A DNA stretch of 64,000 bases, from NCBI RefSeq assembly GCF_001194135.2, contig NC_068982.1, positions 128,426,307-128,490,306 of the forward strand, given 5' to 3'. The stretch comes from Octopus bimaculoides (taxonomy: Eukaryota). The stretch's first letter is position 1, and each line of letters starts with the position of its first letter. Shown one piece after another: positions 34,561-48,910 of the stretch. A program made the position numbers and the translations under genes. A model generated the notes under the pieces. The model searched no databases, was not told where the DNA came from, and saw nothing but the letters and a program-made list of their open reading frames with translations.

Positions 34561-34975
34561 CTTCCAGCAACTGTACAACACAAACAGCACATTCAATGTA
34601 CACAAAACGTACTCTGTGCAATAGAAAAACATAACTTACATTACTCTACATAAGCAGACAAATCCCTAAAATAATACCATAAACAACAAACTAAATTCCA
34701 CAACAAAGTAAAACTGATTACTATACACAAGCACATTTCTAGATTCCCTGAAGACGATGCTGAACATACCTCAGGAGCACAGAGGTGATCCTAAAGCTGT
34801 AGGAATTCACATAAAACTGTTGAAGAAAATTGATAATAATTATTCTTTATTATTACAAAGATGTCAGCCTCTCTTTCAGGTTTTAAATTGAAACAGGATC
34901 TGTGCACTTCTCATGCCAGAGACTGGCTGTTAGAAGCTCATTATACAATGAAGAAATATGGAAACTATAATGTTA

Positions 34976-35035
<60 letters not shown>

Positions 35036-35038
<3 letters not shown>

Positions 35039-35763
35039 GGGCTAAACTAAATGCAAAAGAAATAGACAGAGAAAAATCCCAGCAATGGTTGAGAAGCTCA
35101 GGACTCAAAGCAGAGACTGAAGGATTTTTAATTGCTGCACAAGACCAAAGCCTCCCCACCAGAAATTACCAAAAACATATAATGAAAAGAAACATAACAA
35201 GTAACTGTAGAATTTGTGGAGATGGACAAGAAACAATAAATCATATTATCTCTGGCTGCCCAGTCCTGGCTAAGAAGGAATATATTCACAGACATGACAG
35301 AACTGGGACCTATATANNNNNNNNNNNNNNNNNNNNNNNNNNNNNNNNNNNNNNNNNNNNNNNNNNNNNNNNNNNNNNNNNNNNNNNNNNNNNNNNNNNN
35401 NNNNNNNNNNNNTACCAGCAGATGACAAAGTCTCTCTAAAAGAAATGGAAAAACTTTCAAAATACAAAGACCTGGAAATAGAGGTAACTCGAATGTGGAA
35501 TCTAAAAACAGAAACAATTCCTATTATAGTAGGTGCCTTAGGTATAATAAAAAAATATTCAGACAAATACATAACAAAAACACCAGGACTTACAAATATA
35601 TATAACATACAGAAAATTGCACGTCTGGGCACAGTACACATCCTACACAAAACACTTTCAATACAGTAACCATAAGAGCACCATAGCAAACCACAGCACA
35701 TACTCAAGGCGCACAGAGCTGCGCTCGGTAGTGAAGTGAAAGCACGTTATAAAAATAAAACTA

Positions 35764-35767
<4 letters not shown>
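35036..35767 (+). mobile_element. RLE-type (R4/Dong-like) LINE 3' part with CCHC zinc knuckle and RLE
   Basis: ORF 35089-35439 GLKAETEGFLIAAQDQ...CRICGDGQETINHIISGC...RHD; ORF 35445-35669 KLSKYKDLEIE...IPIIVGALG; flanked on both sides by (TAA)n. Confidence 0.88.
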
Positions 35768-35792
<25 letters not shown>

Positions 35793-35794
<2 letters not shown>

Positions 35795-36480
35795 TGGACA
35801 TGGTGTGGACTTGACAGAGCAAAAAATTGGTACAACCACAAACCCAAAGGCATCATCGAAAATGATAATGCAAAGATCTTGTGGGATTTTATGATTCAGT
35901 GCGACCATGAGATAGAGAATAGGAAGCCAGATATAGTCTTAATTGAGAAAGAAAGCAAACTATGCTGGATCATAGATATAGCATGCCCAGCTGACAACAA
36001 GGTATGTGATAAGGAAGCAAGAAAAGTCGATAGATATGACAGGTTAGTTTGGGAGGTTAAGCAGTTGTGGTCGATGAAAAAGGTGGTAGTAGTACCAATA
36101 ACTGTCGGAGCCCTGGGAACAGTGAGTAAAAATCTTGAGAAGTGCATGGAACAAATAGGGGCTATATCTGCAGACATGAGTGTAGGGATTAAAGAACAGG
36201 AGAAAATAGGAAAATACCAGGACTTGGCTAGGGAAATGCAAAGAGTGTGAAAGGTTTCCACAAAAGTAATTCCAGTTGGCATAAGTTCCCTAGGTGCTGT
36301 CACTGACAGACTTAATTGTTCCCTTATAAAGTTTTGTGTAACTATGAGAGTTGCATTAGTTCAGAAATCTGCTCTATTGGGAACAGCAAGGATTGTAAGA
36401 AAGGTCCTTGATATCTAAGGAAACTGGTTGTGACTCAGTACCAAGGACATTGATTCTGAATGCAAAACATTCGTGCACAC
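35793..36480 (+). mobile_element. RLE-type LINE 3' part(s), a second subfamily; apparently chimeric (two RLE C-termini)
   Basis: WDFMIQCDHEIENRKPDIVL...IDIACP...KVDRY...VVPITVGALG, then a second KEQEKIGKYQDLARE...KVIPV...LG...QKSALLGTARIVRKVL. Confidence 0.85.
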
Positions 36481-36494
36481 CATGAATAATGATT

Positions 36495-36720
36495 ATTCTG
36501 GTTTCAAATTTTGGCACAAGGCCAGCAATTTTGAGTGGAGGCAATAAGTCAACACCCTCAGCTTTGGTACTTGAATGGTATTCTATTTTAATTTCTAACA
36601 TAGACACCAGAACAGAAATTTGAGTATTTAATACAACCCAGTATTTCACTGGTACTTTACTTCAACAATCTCAGAAAAATTATAGGTTAAATTGACCTCA
36701 AAGGACTGAGAAACTTAGAA
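36495..36720 (-). mobile_element. Family C SINE, diverged
   Basis: ggtttcaaattttggcacaaggccagcaattttg ... ttgacctcaaaggactga. Confidence 0.55.
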
Positions 36721-37269
36721 TGTACAATCAACTAGCTTTTGAAATGAGTGGAAGGAAGAGAAGATACACTCCAGTGAAGATTGTGTTCAGTAGTGATTGA
36801 CTGATTTGTGATTGTGCCATTATTGATTAATAGTCTTCACTGTAACCAGACAATCCAGAGGAATTTCCTTTCCTTGTAGTTTCTCTTTATGATGATAACT
36901 GAATATGGTACTTGAGAAATATCTGTAATAATTATTGCCTATAGAATTTGAATTTTACTTCAAAGAAAGCACAAGTTACTAATAAAGGTCAAAAATATAT
37001 ATTTCACTGATTCCAGAATATATGTTTTTGCCACAAAAAATAGTTATGTTGGTACAGAATAAGTATACTATTTTTAAATATTATGAAAATTTGAAGCTTT
37101 GAAAGAGTCAAAAAAATTTTAAATAATAGTTGGTTATAATAAGTGAACTATTTGACTCTCATTCTCCCTATCTCTCTCTTTTGCTTCTCTCTCTTTTGCT
37201 TCTCTCTCTTTTGCTTCTCTCTCTCTCTCTGTTCCTTTCCTTATGTCTCTTTCATCCCATATGCATACA

Positions 37270-37555
37270 CATATTCTTTTATTTGTTTAAGTCATAGGCC
37301 TGTGGTTATGCTGAGGTTCTGCCTTAAGTTTCGCTTAACAAATTGACCCAATACTTATTTCAAGCCTGGTACTTATTCAACTAGTTTCTTTTGGTGAACC
37401 ACTAAGTTATGATAATATAAAAAGATCAACAGCAGTTGTCAAACAGTGGGAGACAAACACAAAGACTCACACACACACATACATATGCATGTATGTTAAT
37501 ATCTATGTGTGTGTGTGTGTATATACAATCCTGAAAATGTTTTCCATTTGTTGTC
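37270..37555 (-). mobile_element. Family B SINE (head-truncated)
   Basis: gtttaagtcataggcctgtggttatgctgagg...gcctggtacttattc...gaaccactaagtta...(CA)n...gtttccatttg. Confidence 0.65.
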
Positions 37556-37574
37556 TTTTTATTTAATCCTGAAT

Positions 37575-37926
37575 GTGCCCAGCGTCGCCTTCCTGGCACT
37601 TGTGCCGGTGGCACGTGTAAAGACATTCAAGCGAGATCGTTGCCAGTGCCGCTGGACTGGCTCCTGTGCAGGTGGCACGTAAAATACACCATTTTGAGCG
37701 TGGCCATTGCCAGTACCACCTGACTGTCCTTCGTGCCGGTGGCACGTAAAAGCACCCACTACACTCTCGGAGTGGTTGGCATTAGGAAGGGCATCCAGCT
37801 GTAGAAACTCTGCCAAATCAGATTGGAGCCTGATGCAGCCATCTGGTTTCACCAGCCCTCAGTCAAATCGTCCAACCCATGCTAGCATGGAAAGCGGACG
37901 TTAAACGATGATGATGATGATGATGA
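37575..37926 (+). mobile_element. Family A repeat, long variant, young-looking copy
   Basis: Three GTGCMGGTGGCACGT subrepeats, then the terminal region and (GAT)n; retains CpGs. Confidence 0.87.
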
Positions 37927-38617
37927 TATATATGTATACACACACACATATATAAATATATATATTATACATGTATATGACTGGAATTTGAACTCAGAAC
38001 ATAAAGTATCAAAAGGTGTCAGGAGAAATGCCACTGAGTATTTTGTCTGTTGCAGTAACAACTCTGCCAGCTTGTCATCTAAAGGCACTCATTAATAATA
38101 TTACTTACTCTCTCTTACCTTCGATCATCTCAATTATCATTAGTTGCTTTCCATTTCACCTGTGAACATCTAGCTACTATCAATGTGTTCTTGTCTTCCC
38201 ATCATTATTATCTCTCTTCTATTACTCTATCCAATAACTGTCTATCATCAATTTCTCTCTCCTCTACCAGTTTCTCTTTCCAACCACATTGATTTTTTTT
38301 ATCACACCCTTTGACTCTCCAACCATCCACCCTGGGATTTCTTTCTCATCTATTTGCATTCTTAGTTACATAGCATTGAACAAGCAGAGACACCATAGAG
38401 TAATAAGTACTCATTAACCTTGTAGGACACAAGGTAACCTCACTAGTGCAATTGTCACAATAAAAAGCACATTGCACATCATATAAAGTGGGTAGTGAAT
38501 AGATAATGTAAGGTTGAGAGAATCTTTTAGTTTGAGGACATGACAATCTCTTAAGTGTTGATGTGATAAAAAATGTGACAAAATAATACATACATACATA
38601 GACAGACAGACAGATAA

Positions 38618-38661
<44 letters not shown>

Positions 38662-40106
38662 AAAAATATATATAGAAGCTCAGCATTGCAAATAGTGATC
38701 ACTATGATCATGGTAATGAGGATGATTCTGGAATCTTAGTCTGGATTTTATGCAAGTGCAGCTGTAGACAATAGCAGTAATGAGGAGCATCTTTTGAACT
38801 ATATTGTACACACACACACACACACACACACAAATTCCTTTTTAGGTGCTACCTTTACAAGTAAAACCTAATTGTTCAAGAGTTAAAAGCTGTACAGCTA
38901 ATGCATAAAATTCCTAGATTCTTTCAATAAATCTATTACTATTTTCTAATGTATTTTCCACTACTCATAATTTTCATCATATATTTCATATCACTATTTC
39001 CTTCTTAAATTTGTTCAGAATTGAAATTTATATTTAACATTATTTCATTCTTGAGCAAAACTTTTTTCTCTCAGCATCCAAATTTAATTGCAGTATCATA
39101 CTACGTCATTAATATGAATATCATATAATTTGGCTAACATTATGAACACAACATATTCTTCTTATCAGCGTTAGCAATCCTTTTATTTTTTTCCATCCCA
39201 CTACAAATTCTAGTTCTTATTTTATTTATATCTTCCTAGTCACTTAGTTTTCTGGTATAAAACAGTCATTTTTTTACCAATACATAACAAAAACATAAAT
39301 TCTGTTTTTGTATATTGAAAATAGACATTTTATTGCATATTTTCTAAAGTTCTCCTGAGTAATGCATTCACAATTAATTTAAATAAAAGCTATAGCACTT
39401 ATGATTGATATGCTGCAAGACAACCAGGTATTTCACTATACCAATAAACCAGTTTTATAAAATTCCAATATTGTGTGTATCCCAGATTTTACAAAAAGGG
39501 GTAGCATTATGAAGGGCATCAACTGTAAAGCATTGCTCCCAAAAGACCTGTCCAACCTCTGCTGTCGTGGACATATAGATGTAAAAATGATGACGATAAA
39601 GCTGAATATAATGATGTCATTGGTTACCATAACAATATTATGTTAACTCTTAACATCTTGCTTAAAAGTTTTTTGTCAAAATGCCAGTCCTTCATTGATT
39701 CTTTTACAGAACAGAAATGACTGAAAGAAGAAGAGATTTGAGTCTTTTCTCTCACATTAAAGAGATCTTTCTAAATCAATGTAAACAAAGTTAGTACAAT
39801 TCTTGTGATATCATGTATTTCAGAACTTTCTTTCTGTGTCGTACAGAAAGATATGAGTGAAACAAATATAAACTCAAACTATTAAAAAACTTGTGCTACA
39901 TTTACACCTGTACACACTTTGGAGTAATTAAACATCTACTCATAATTATGTACTGAGAACATTCTCAGCCTCTGCTGTGATTAAGACTGTAACAGATCAG
40001 TGTCTGATTTAGACAAGGGTCTTGTATTCTCAGTCACAAAAATGTTAGGGAGACAGGAATAGGCTCTGGCCTAATGAGCCAATAGTTTCAAAAGTGATAT
40101 TAACTT

Positions 40107-40165
<59 letters not shown>

Positions 40166-40269
40166 GCATGTGTGTTTGTGTGTGTCTAAATGTGTAAATG
40201 CAGCCGCCTACCCAATATGTATGCATATATATACATGCACGTATGTGTGTGTGTGAAGGCGATGGCAAG

Positions 40270-40528
40270 TGAGCAATATGCTGTACTTGAGAAGACTCGT
40301 CAAGCTAAGTGAAATTGTTGTCGTGGCTGTTGCTAGTGTCATGTAATTGAAATCTGTGCTGGTGGCGTGTACAAAACACCCATTACACTCTGTAAGGTGG
40401 TTGGCATTAGGAAGGACATCCAGTCATAGAAACCATGCCAAATCAGATTGGAACCTGGTGCAGCTCTGTGGCTTACCAGTTCCAGTCTAACTCATGCTAG
40501 TATGGAAAGCGGACATTAAATGATGATG

Positions 40529-40530
<2 letters not shown>
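40270..40530 (+). mobile_element. 5'-truncated RTE LINE end (last ORF codons plus 3' UTR)
   Basis: Starts CAATATGCTGTACTTGAGAAGACTCGTCAAGC (QYAVLEKTRQAK, homologous to the ORF end at ~7475-7508), then the family A terminus. Confidence 0.78.
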
Positions 40531-40568
<38 letters not shown>

Positions 40569-41210
40569 TAGGTATGTAGTTGTGTAAATACATTTAGACA
40601 TATGTAAATACACATGTATATGTATGTATAAAGTTAATATCTGTCTTTTTCATATCATAGTACATTACATTACTATATTATTATATTACAATGCATGTAT
40701 TAATATTTGGAAACCTTTATTTGGATAGTCACCAAAGTAACAAAGTTGCCTTTATGTGAGCATGTTCGACTGCAAATAATTTTGTCATGTTTTCTCTAAG
40801 GTGAAATTTGAAATTGCATTTTTAAAATCAACTTCATTTCTTAAAAACTAATAAATAACTAAAGCTTTAAATTTAATGAATATAAGCTCGTTAAAATAGT
40901 TGTACAATTACAAATAATAAATGTTTTAGTATTTCATTTCTTCATTGTTATTGTTGAATTATATATATTCTCTGAAAATTAAAACAACCAGAGGAAAACA
41001 TCATGAGTCAAAGGTTGTTGATTCATGTAAATCATGTTTGATAACAAGAAGATAGACAATTGCTTAAGAATTACAGAATGTTACATGTTAGTAAGAACAA
41101 TTATCATTTGTCATCATTATGTGTAGATGTCTGTTTATTCATGCACTTGGGTATTATGTATGTATGCATACATATATATAACTCTGTGCATGTGTGTGTA
41201 TGTGTGTGTG

Positions 41211-41312
<102 letters not shown>

Positions 41313-41399
41313 CACACATATATGATTATTTATATATATATATGTATTTATATATGTATAAATATATACATATTCATACATGCATAAATACATACATAC

Positions 41400-42700
41400 A
41401 TGGAAAATCAGTACCCCAGACTCAAAGTCTGTGCATCAATGATCTCACTAATTCCCCTGTTCCATACAAAGAATGCTACAAGTACCTACACATTGATGAA
41501 AACATATCATATAAAGACACTGTGACCCAAGAATATTATGCCAGACTTAGAAAAATATGCCAGTCAGAACTCTCCTCTTACAGCATGACAATATCCTACA
41601 ATGAATTTGCAGTACCAGTGCTAATTCCAACATTTGGGATACTCAACCAGTCTGTAGAGGAAATCCTCTCCATAGACGTTAAAACCCATAAGATAATGAC
41701 ATCAACTGGAAGCCTCTACAGAAACAGTGATATTGATAGATTCTGCCTAAGAAGAAATGAAGAAGGTAGAAGCTTGAGATCAGTGCAGACAGCTTTTGAA
41801 TGTCATACAGTCTCTCTCAGACAGCACTTGCTAAATAACAGCAGCCAAAATAAATGCATCAACTTAGTGCTTGTTGATGACCTTTCATACAACCCCAAAA
41901 CAGCAGGGCTAAGACACCTCAAAGACCTGGATGTGAAATACTCAGCATGCCAAAAAAGACTGTACATGAGTATGTTCGAAGACTCAAAGAAGACAGTAGC
42001 TTCAACATGATGCATGGCCTCTCCAAGACTCATACCATTACATCACATTACACTTTGAAGGCTATACATTTGCATTCCAAGAATAGGATTATGAAATATC
42101 TAATAAACAAAAGAGACAGTAAAGCTCTTGGAGCTCTAAGGTGATTATTTTTGTGGAAGATATCACATATGTGATTAGCAGCTGTCCAAAAATGTCATCA
42201 AGGTTTTTGTGACATTGTCACAAAACAATATACAATGCCATTCAGAAAAAAGACTATTCTGGAATAAATATAGAGAATCCCCATTATTGATTACACACAC
42301 AAACATCAACACAAGGAATTCTGGTGGAACATTCCCATCAAAACATCTGACAAGTTTAAACATCATAACAGGCTGGATATTGTTGTTTGGGACAGACAAG
42401 AAAAAATATGTACCATCATAGAAGTTGCTGATATGAATATCTCTTTGAAAATCAAAAAGAAAGAGGTTAACTATGGATAACTGCTTTAAAACCTCCAGCT
42501 TCTATATCCAGATTATAAATTCACATTTATACCAATGATAATTGGGGCATTTGGTTTTATGAGAAAAGCAACAATCTGTATAAACTAGTTTTCAGAAAAA
42601 GAAAGCAACCAACTAACTTGCACATTACAAATACAATCTGTAAGTGGAACAGTAAAAATTATGCAAGACTTTTCTCAAGTTTATAACGTGACATTCTTTT
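41400..42700 (+). mobile_element. Degenerate RLE-type LINE (RT C-terminus to RLE)
   Basis: YKYLHIDE...[15 protein letters not shown]...[13 protein letters not shown]...[19 protein letters not shown]; later FIPMIIGAFG; many stops. Confidence 0.8.
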
Positions 42701-43348
42701 TGTTATCTATATTTCAACGATGGAGCTTTGTATCTTTGTTAGAAGTCAGCTCCTTCTTCAGAGGAAGAGTTTAAATAATTAAAGACAGAAGAGAACAAAT
42801 AATATACAAACATACATACATACATACAAAAAAATCCCTGCTAATGTTGTTTAAATTGCAATGAAGGAGCCTTGGATCTAGGTTAGATCTATAGGCAAGA
42901 AATCTTGAAATAAAACTGAATAATGACATACATACATACATACATACATACATACACACACAGTACACATTTTAACTCAATTGATTAAATTTTTAATGTA
43001 AATTATTACGTAAAAATAACTTGTTTTAGCTGATTTGGTATATAGTTATATAACAACTTTTATATTTCTTAAAAATACATGCTTTTTTAGTGTTTTATGA
43101 GTGAATTTTTTCATCCTGTTCAAAAGATATTTCATATTATCTATATATATCACTATGTATCACTATTGGGATTATTTAGCAATCATATTCATTCGTTATG
43201 TATTGCTGTATAGAATATTTTGTTGCATATATTATTATCAATGTGACAATAACTAATTATCAATAACGTGTAATTATTGATTTTTATACATAATTCATAC
43301 ATAGATTTTCTTTGCTTTTAATGTATATGTGTGCGTGTGTATGTGTAT

Positions 43349-43386
<38 letters not shown>

Positions 43387-44034
43387 CTATATCTTTTGCA
43401 ATAACAATTTCATAGACTAATTATTTTTTGTTCTGTTTGATATTCTGTTTTTGTAAATTTTTTTTTTATTTGTTGCTATTTTTGTATCACCCTTCTTGCC
43501 CTATTGGCTATGAAGAAAGAATTCTGCAATTTTTTTTTATCATTTTAAAAAAAATTTGTCTTTTGAGATTTTTATGTAGCATATTGTCAAATGATATATT
43601 TCTTGACATCATTTCTCTTACTATTTTTTTGTATCCAAATATCTATGTTTACCTTGACAATAATTTATTTTTATCTAGTCACTTTAGAGAAATATATGCT
43701 TCAAGCATGATACACGAATTTGTGTGTGTGTGTATATATATATGTGTGTGTGTATACATATATGTGTGTGTGTATACATATATATACAAAATATCTTTGT
43801 TAATATACTTGTTATTCAAATAGTCATGCTTTTTTTATGTATGTTTTTGGGGTAGTTATGAATCCAACTTCTTTCTATAATTTTATATAGTTTAAGAAAG
43901 CAATATGTATGTGACATTTTAGGATAAATTTATATTTCATCTTCTTGTTTAATGTTTGTTGTAGCCTCATCAGTATCTTAGTTTATTTTTCTTTGCGGCT
44001 TTATTGTCTTTTGTTATTTTCATGATGCCATTCC

Positions 44035-44224
44035 TAACACCAGCCACTCTCGGAGTGGTTAGGGTTAGGAAAGGCTCCAGCTGTAGAAACCTTGCCAGGT
44101 TATATTGGAGCCTGGTGCAGCCTGGTGCAGCCTGGTGCAGCCTTCTGGCTTGCCAGTCCTCAGTCAAACCGTCCAACCCATGTCAGCATGGAAAGCAGAC
44201 ATTGAACGATGATGACGATGATGA
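44035..44224 (+). mobile_element. Family A repeat
   Basis: cactctcggagtggtt...aggaaaggctccagctgtagaaac...gtccaacccatgtcagcatggaaagc...(GAT)n; contains a 10-bp unit (gcctggtgca) three times. Confidence 0.8.
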
Positions 44225-44371
44225 TTTTTCACTCCAGCTTTTTAATATAAAACTGCATCTTTGTAGTGAGCCTTGTCTATAGAAGTTATAACAAAATAAT
44301 AATGTCTTCACTTCACATGTGTGAATTTCTGTGTATATGTACACACACATACACAAACACATTATGAGTAA

Positions 44372-44407
<36 letters not shown>

Positions 44408-44679
44408 TCATACATATATGGAACAAAGGAGAAAAGACAAATAAATGTAGAAGTCTGTTGAAAATCTCAGGAGCCATCATACATTTTTCAGTTCAGAAGT
44501 CAATAAGATAATGTGTTGTACATTAATGACACATAAGAGTGATCATAAAACATATTTGGAATTGGAGGAAACTTTGAGAAATTAATGTAAGTGTAGTACT
44601 GCTATGTGGTGTCTACCTTTTTTCACCTTCTACAGCTGCTATAAATGGCTGTTATTAAAGAAGTTCAAACTTTAATAAA

Positions 44680-45000
44680 AAGAGCTTGATTGAAAGGGTC
44701 TAAAGATGAACACAGGAAATACTAAGGTACATGTTAATTATCAAGAACCACATCTCTGAAAAGCATCATTTAAGTTTACCTTAGAGTGCAGGAAGAGAAT
44801 ATGTAAAAAGGAGATGTTTCATAAGTGTGATTATACGACAACTATATTAATCTCTGGTAAATTTACTTAAAAATATGATTTTATGGACACTAGATGCACT
44901 GGATAACTAAAAATCATGAATAATTATAAAAAGAAGACCGTAAACTATTCAGTTGACCTCCCCAAAGATGGAGATATGTGCTATTACTCCAGGATTATAC
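44680..45000 (+). mobile_element. Highly decayed RTE-type RT fragment
   Basis: GLKMNTGNTKV resembles RT motif 6 (GLKVNxGKTKVM), followed by Cys-containing remnants. Confidence 0.35.
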
Positions 45001-45785
45001 AAAGGTAGAATTAGGTGATATCATAGAGGCCAGAGCAAAATAAAAATAAACAAATAATAAATAAATAAAAGGGTAAGAAAAAGGCATTTCTATTATTCAA
45101 TATAAAAATCAAAGTAAAAGTGTAAATAGCTACAAGAAGCAAGGTATTATTTTACAAGACCTCTTAGAAAATAAAGTGATGAATCAAAACTGCAGAAAAG
45201 AACTTCTTGCTGGGAACTGAAAAAATATTCATTTACAGTCCTGTAGAAAACACAATATATAAAGAAAAGACTACACTTTCTTGAGAAAAGATATCAAAAC
45301 TATTTCATCTCAAATAAAAACATTTCAAAAAAATAGTTGTAAAATTTTTTGTTGTAGGTATTCATTGTTAATACTTACTAATCTAATTTGAAAGAGTTTG
45401 TAAAAGTTTTGGGTTTACCTCAATTCCTATTGATGTATTTGATATGCTTTTATATTAACAAATTCTATTTTTTCTCTTTCTTTTTTTCAGTTAAGTTTTT
45501 TTTTAAAGAGAAATAATGTTATATCATACAAAGGGGGTTTGCCACTCACAAAATGCTGCATACATGACTTACAATAATTAGAATACAAAACATTTTTTTA
45601 TTAGCAACAAAAACACTGCATGATGATGATAATTCTGAAACATTTACAATTAAGACACATTTAAATAATTTACAATTTCAAAAAAAATATTGCTTCAATC
45701 AAAATACAATATATTTCGAAAAATAATGTTGAAAATGTATTCATGTGTTTCATGCAAAACTAGTTTGAGCAGTTATTATTAAAAC

Positions 45786-45841
<56 letters not shown>

Positions 45842-46030
45842 ACATGTGTGTGCNNNNNNNNNNNNNNNNNNNNNNNNNNNNNNNNNNNNNNNNNNNNNNN
45901 NNNNNNNNNNNNNNNNNNNNNNNNNNNNNNNNNNNNNNNNNNNNNNNNNNNNNNNNNNNNNNNNNNNNNNNNNNNNNNNNNNNNNNNNNNNNNNNNNNNN
46001 NNNNNNNNNNNNNNNNNNNNNNNNNNNNNN

Positions 46031-46090
<60 letters not shown>

Positions 46091-46434
46091 ACATGTGTGT
46101 GCATGTGTATATGTATGTGCATGTGTTGGACAATCATTCTGAATAATGTCAAAGTCCTGAAAGTTGGAGTAAAATTACTAAAATACAAATGATTGATGAG
46201 AGTGACAAACATGTGAAGTATAAATTCATGATATGAGTTGCAGTTATTATATTTATCCAGCTTTGACTCATAAAAATATAAGATATGTCAGATTTTTCTG
46301 ATATAGAATATGATTGATGATAGGATATATGAAATAAAATTTGAATTAAATTATCTAAGATTGATGTCGTAACTATGATAAGTTCTGGCTAAGCACTAAA
46401 ATAAGCATTTTCTTAATACTTATAGCTGGAAATA

Positions 46435-46630
46435 GCTCTTTCTAATTTTGGCACAAAGCCAGTAATTTTGTGTGGAAGGGGAAGCTGATTACATCAACTT
46501 CATTGTTAAACTGGTACTTATTCTATCGACCCCAGAAAGACAGAAGGCAAAGTCAACGTTGATGGTATTTAGACTCAGATCATAAAGAACCACAAGAAAT
46601 GCTATTAAACATTTTATCAAGCACAGACAT
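46435..46630 (-). mobile_element. Family C SINE
   Basis: ctctttctaattttggcacaaagccagtaattttg...ggtacttattctatcgacccc...aaggcaaagtcaac...tttagactcaga. Confidence 0.68.
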
Positions 46631-47101
46631 GATTCTACCAACTTGCCATTGAATATAACTAAATTTAATATTAATTCTTTAATTTCAAAATTCTTTTTTT
46701 TTTTAGTTTGTTATTTTTCAGAACTGATATATTGGTAAGAAAAAGAAAATAAAAACCCCTATAATTGTTATTTTCATCATCATAACTATTAAATATGAAA
46801 TATTGAATTAGTCTAATTTAGAAACAGTAATAGTTCTACAACTATTACAACAACAATTAGTTTATTGTATTTCATATAATGCTTCACACTTCTGAGTTCG
46901 CATTTTCTGACACTGATGAAACCAATGCTTGTAATACAAAAGGATTAGTTCATTCATATATATATGTATGCGTGTGTGTGTGTGTGTGTGTACATATATA
47001 TANNNNNNNNNNNNNNNNNNNNNNNNNNNNNNNNNNNNNNNNNNNNNNNNNNNNNNNNNNNNNNNNNNNNNNNNNNNNNNNNNNNNNNNNNNNNNNNNNN
47101 N

Positions 47102-47132
<31 letters not shown>

Positions 47133-47489
47133 TATATATATATTATATTTATGTATATATATATCCTATCGAAATATAAGCTGGTGTCAAAGAACCTTCT
47201 GAGGAGTTTCTAAGATAATTCAACCTGCTAGAAAAAGCAACCAAATTCCCTTCAAATAACACTTTACTATCATAAAAAAGAATGGATACATTGAATAGGA
47301 TGTATATTATATTTGAAAAAAGAAAACCCAGATGATCACAAGTGAAAGATCTTTGATTACTTTAATTATAGGTCTACTAAATAATAATAAGTGTAATGTG
47401 AGTGTAATCAACTTGTGAATTGCACAGTCTTTGTAATGATTACATGAAATTTTAATTTGAAATAATTTATCATAAAGTATACAACTATC

Positions 47490-47880
47490 ATGACTGCGTG
47501 GTTTAGAATTTTGTTTCCCAACGATGTAGTTTTGGGATCAGTCCTATTGTGTAACACCTTAGGCTAGGGTCTGCTACAGCTCCAGGTTGACCAATGCTTT
47601 TGAGTGAATTTGGAGAAGGAAACTGTGTGGAAACCCATTGTATATCGGTGCGTGTGTGAATGTATACATATATTTGTGTTTGTCTCTCATTCCTTGTCAA
47701 ACAGTGTTAATTTGTTTACACTCCTGTAACTTAGTGGTTTGAGAGAAGAGACTGGTAGAATAAGTACTAAACTTAAAATAAGTATTGGGGTTGATTTGAT
47801 CAACTAGATCCATCAAAGTGGTGCTCCAGGATGGCTGCAGTCCAGTGAGCGAAACAAGTCAAAAAATAAATGGAGCTCAT
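47490..47880 (+). mobile_element. Family B SINE, full length, diverged
   Basis: A-box-like catgactgcgtggtttag, B-box-like gggatcagtcct, body, and 3' end ggtgctccaggatggctgcagtcc...gaaacaagt. Confidence 0.72.
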
Positions 47881-48840
47881 AAAAAGAAATGTTTAAAAAA
47901 ATTATTAGATTTGAGACATTAACTATAAAAATCCAAAATATTTAATTTTCTAATAGATTGATGAAAATATTTATGTAGTAGCTATTTTGAGATACAGTAT
48001 ATGTAGTTACATTTATATTCCAATGAAGAAACAAGTTGCTTGTTCTTTATTCATTGATGTAAAATTCTTCAAAAAATGACGTCAAACAGCATTAGTCAAG
48101 AATTAAATTTACTTAAGGATGTCCTACATTTTTAGTGGTTTGGAAACAATATATTTCACCAAGAATACAATAATAAATAAAATGGTAAAGCAGTGAGTTG
48201 AGCTTCTTTTTGTGATCTATACTAGGTGTCATATATTCACAAAATCTAAGATAAATTTATTGAATGAACTCAACTAGTAAGATATTTCACTACGTTATTT
48301 GGAGTCCAATTCCATCTTGGGCGGTCTAGAAAATTAAAAATGTTGTTTTAAGTAATATACATGCTGACTTTTAAAAATTTTGATTTTTATGTCAACTTAG
48401 CTACTCAAAAGAACATACATGCTGACTTTGAGAATTTTGATTCCTATATCAAGTTTGTAAATTTGATAAAATTACAATCCTGGTAAAATAACAAATTGGA
48501 AGTCTAACATGTACTAAGAAAATATTTGTTATAGAAATATATTCATGTTATTTGGGATTTTTGTTTGAAATCTCAGCTAAGAAGTCAATAATATTTCTCA
48601 CCACAGATTATACTAACCAACTGTCATGATTTTTTACTTCCTTTTACTACAACAGAATTTATATTATTCATATAGTTACTTTAGTCTACCTTGCTGTCTA
48701 TATAACACACCATTGCATTATATGAATAAATAACAACACTACTTTCAACAAACATGTAATTAAGTCTTTGGAAATAAGAAACACCTAGACTCTCTCACAC
48801 ACACGTACACTTTTGTATATACACACATACAGATATAAGC

Positions 48841-48910
<70 letters not shown>

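Noticed and set aside
34745-34800. CCTGAAGA as a second hammerhead core
   Set aside because: No stem II closed by GAAA follows at a suitable distance.
37575-37760. CRISPR-like or HDV-ribozyme reading of the ~60-bp subrepeats in family A
   Set aside because: Eukaryotic interspersed repeat with homologous (not unique) spacers and no cas genes; I could not build the HDV nested double pseudoknot from the sequence.
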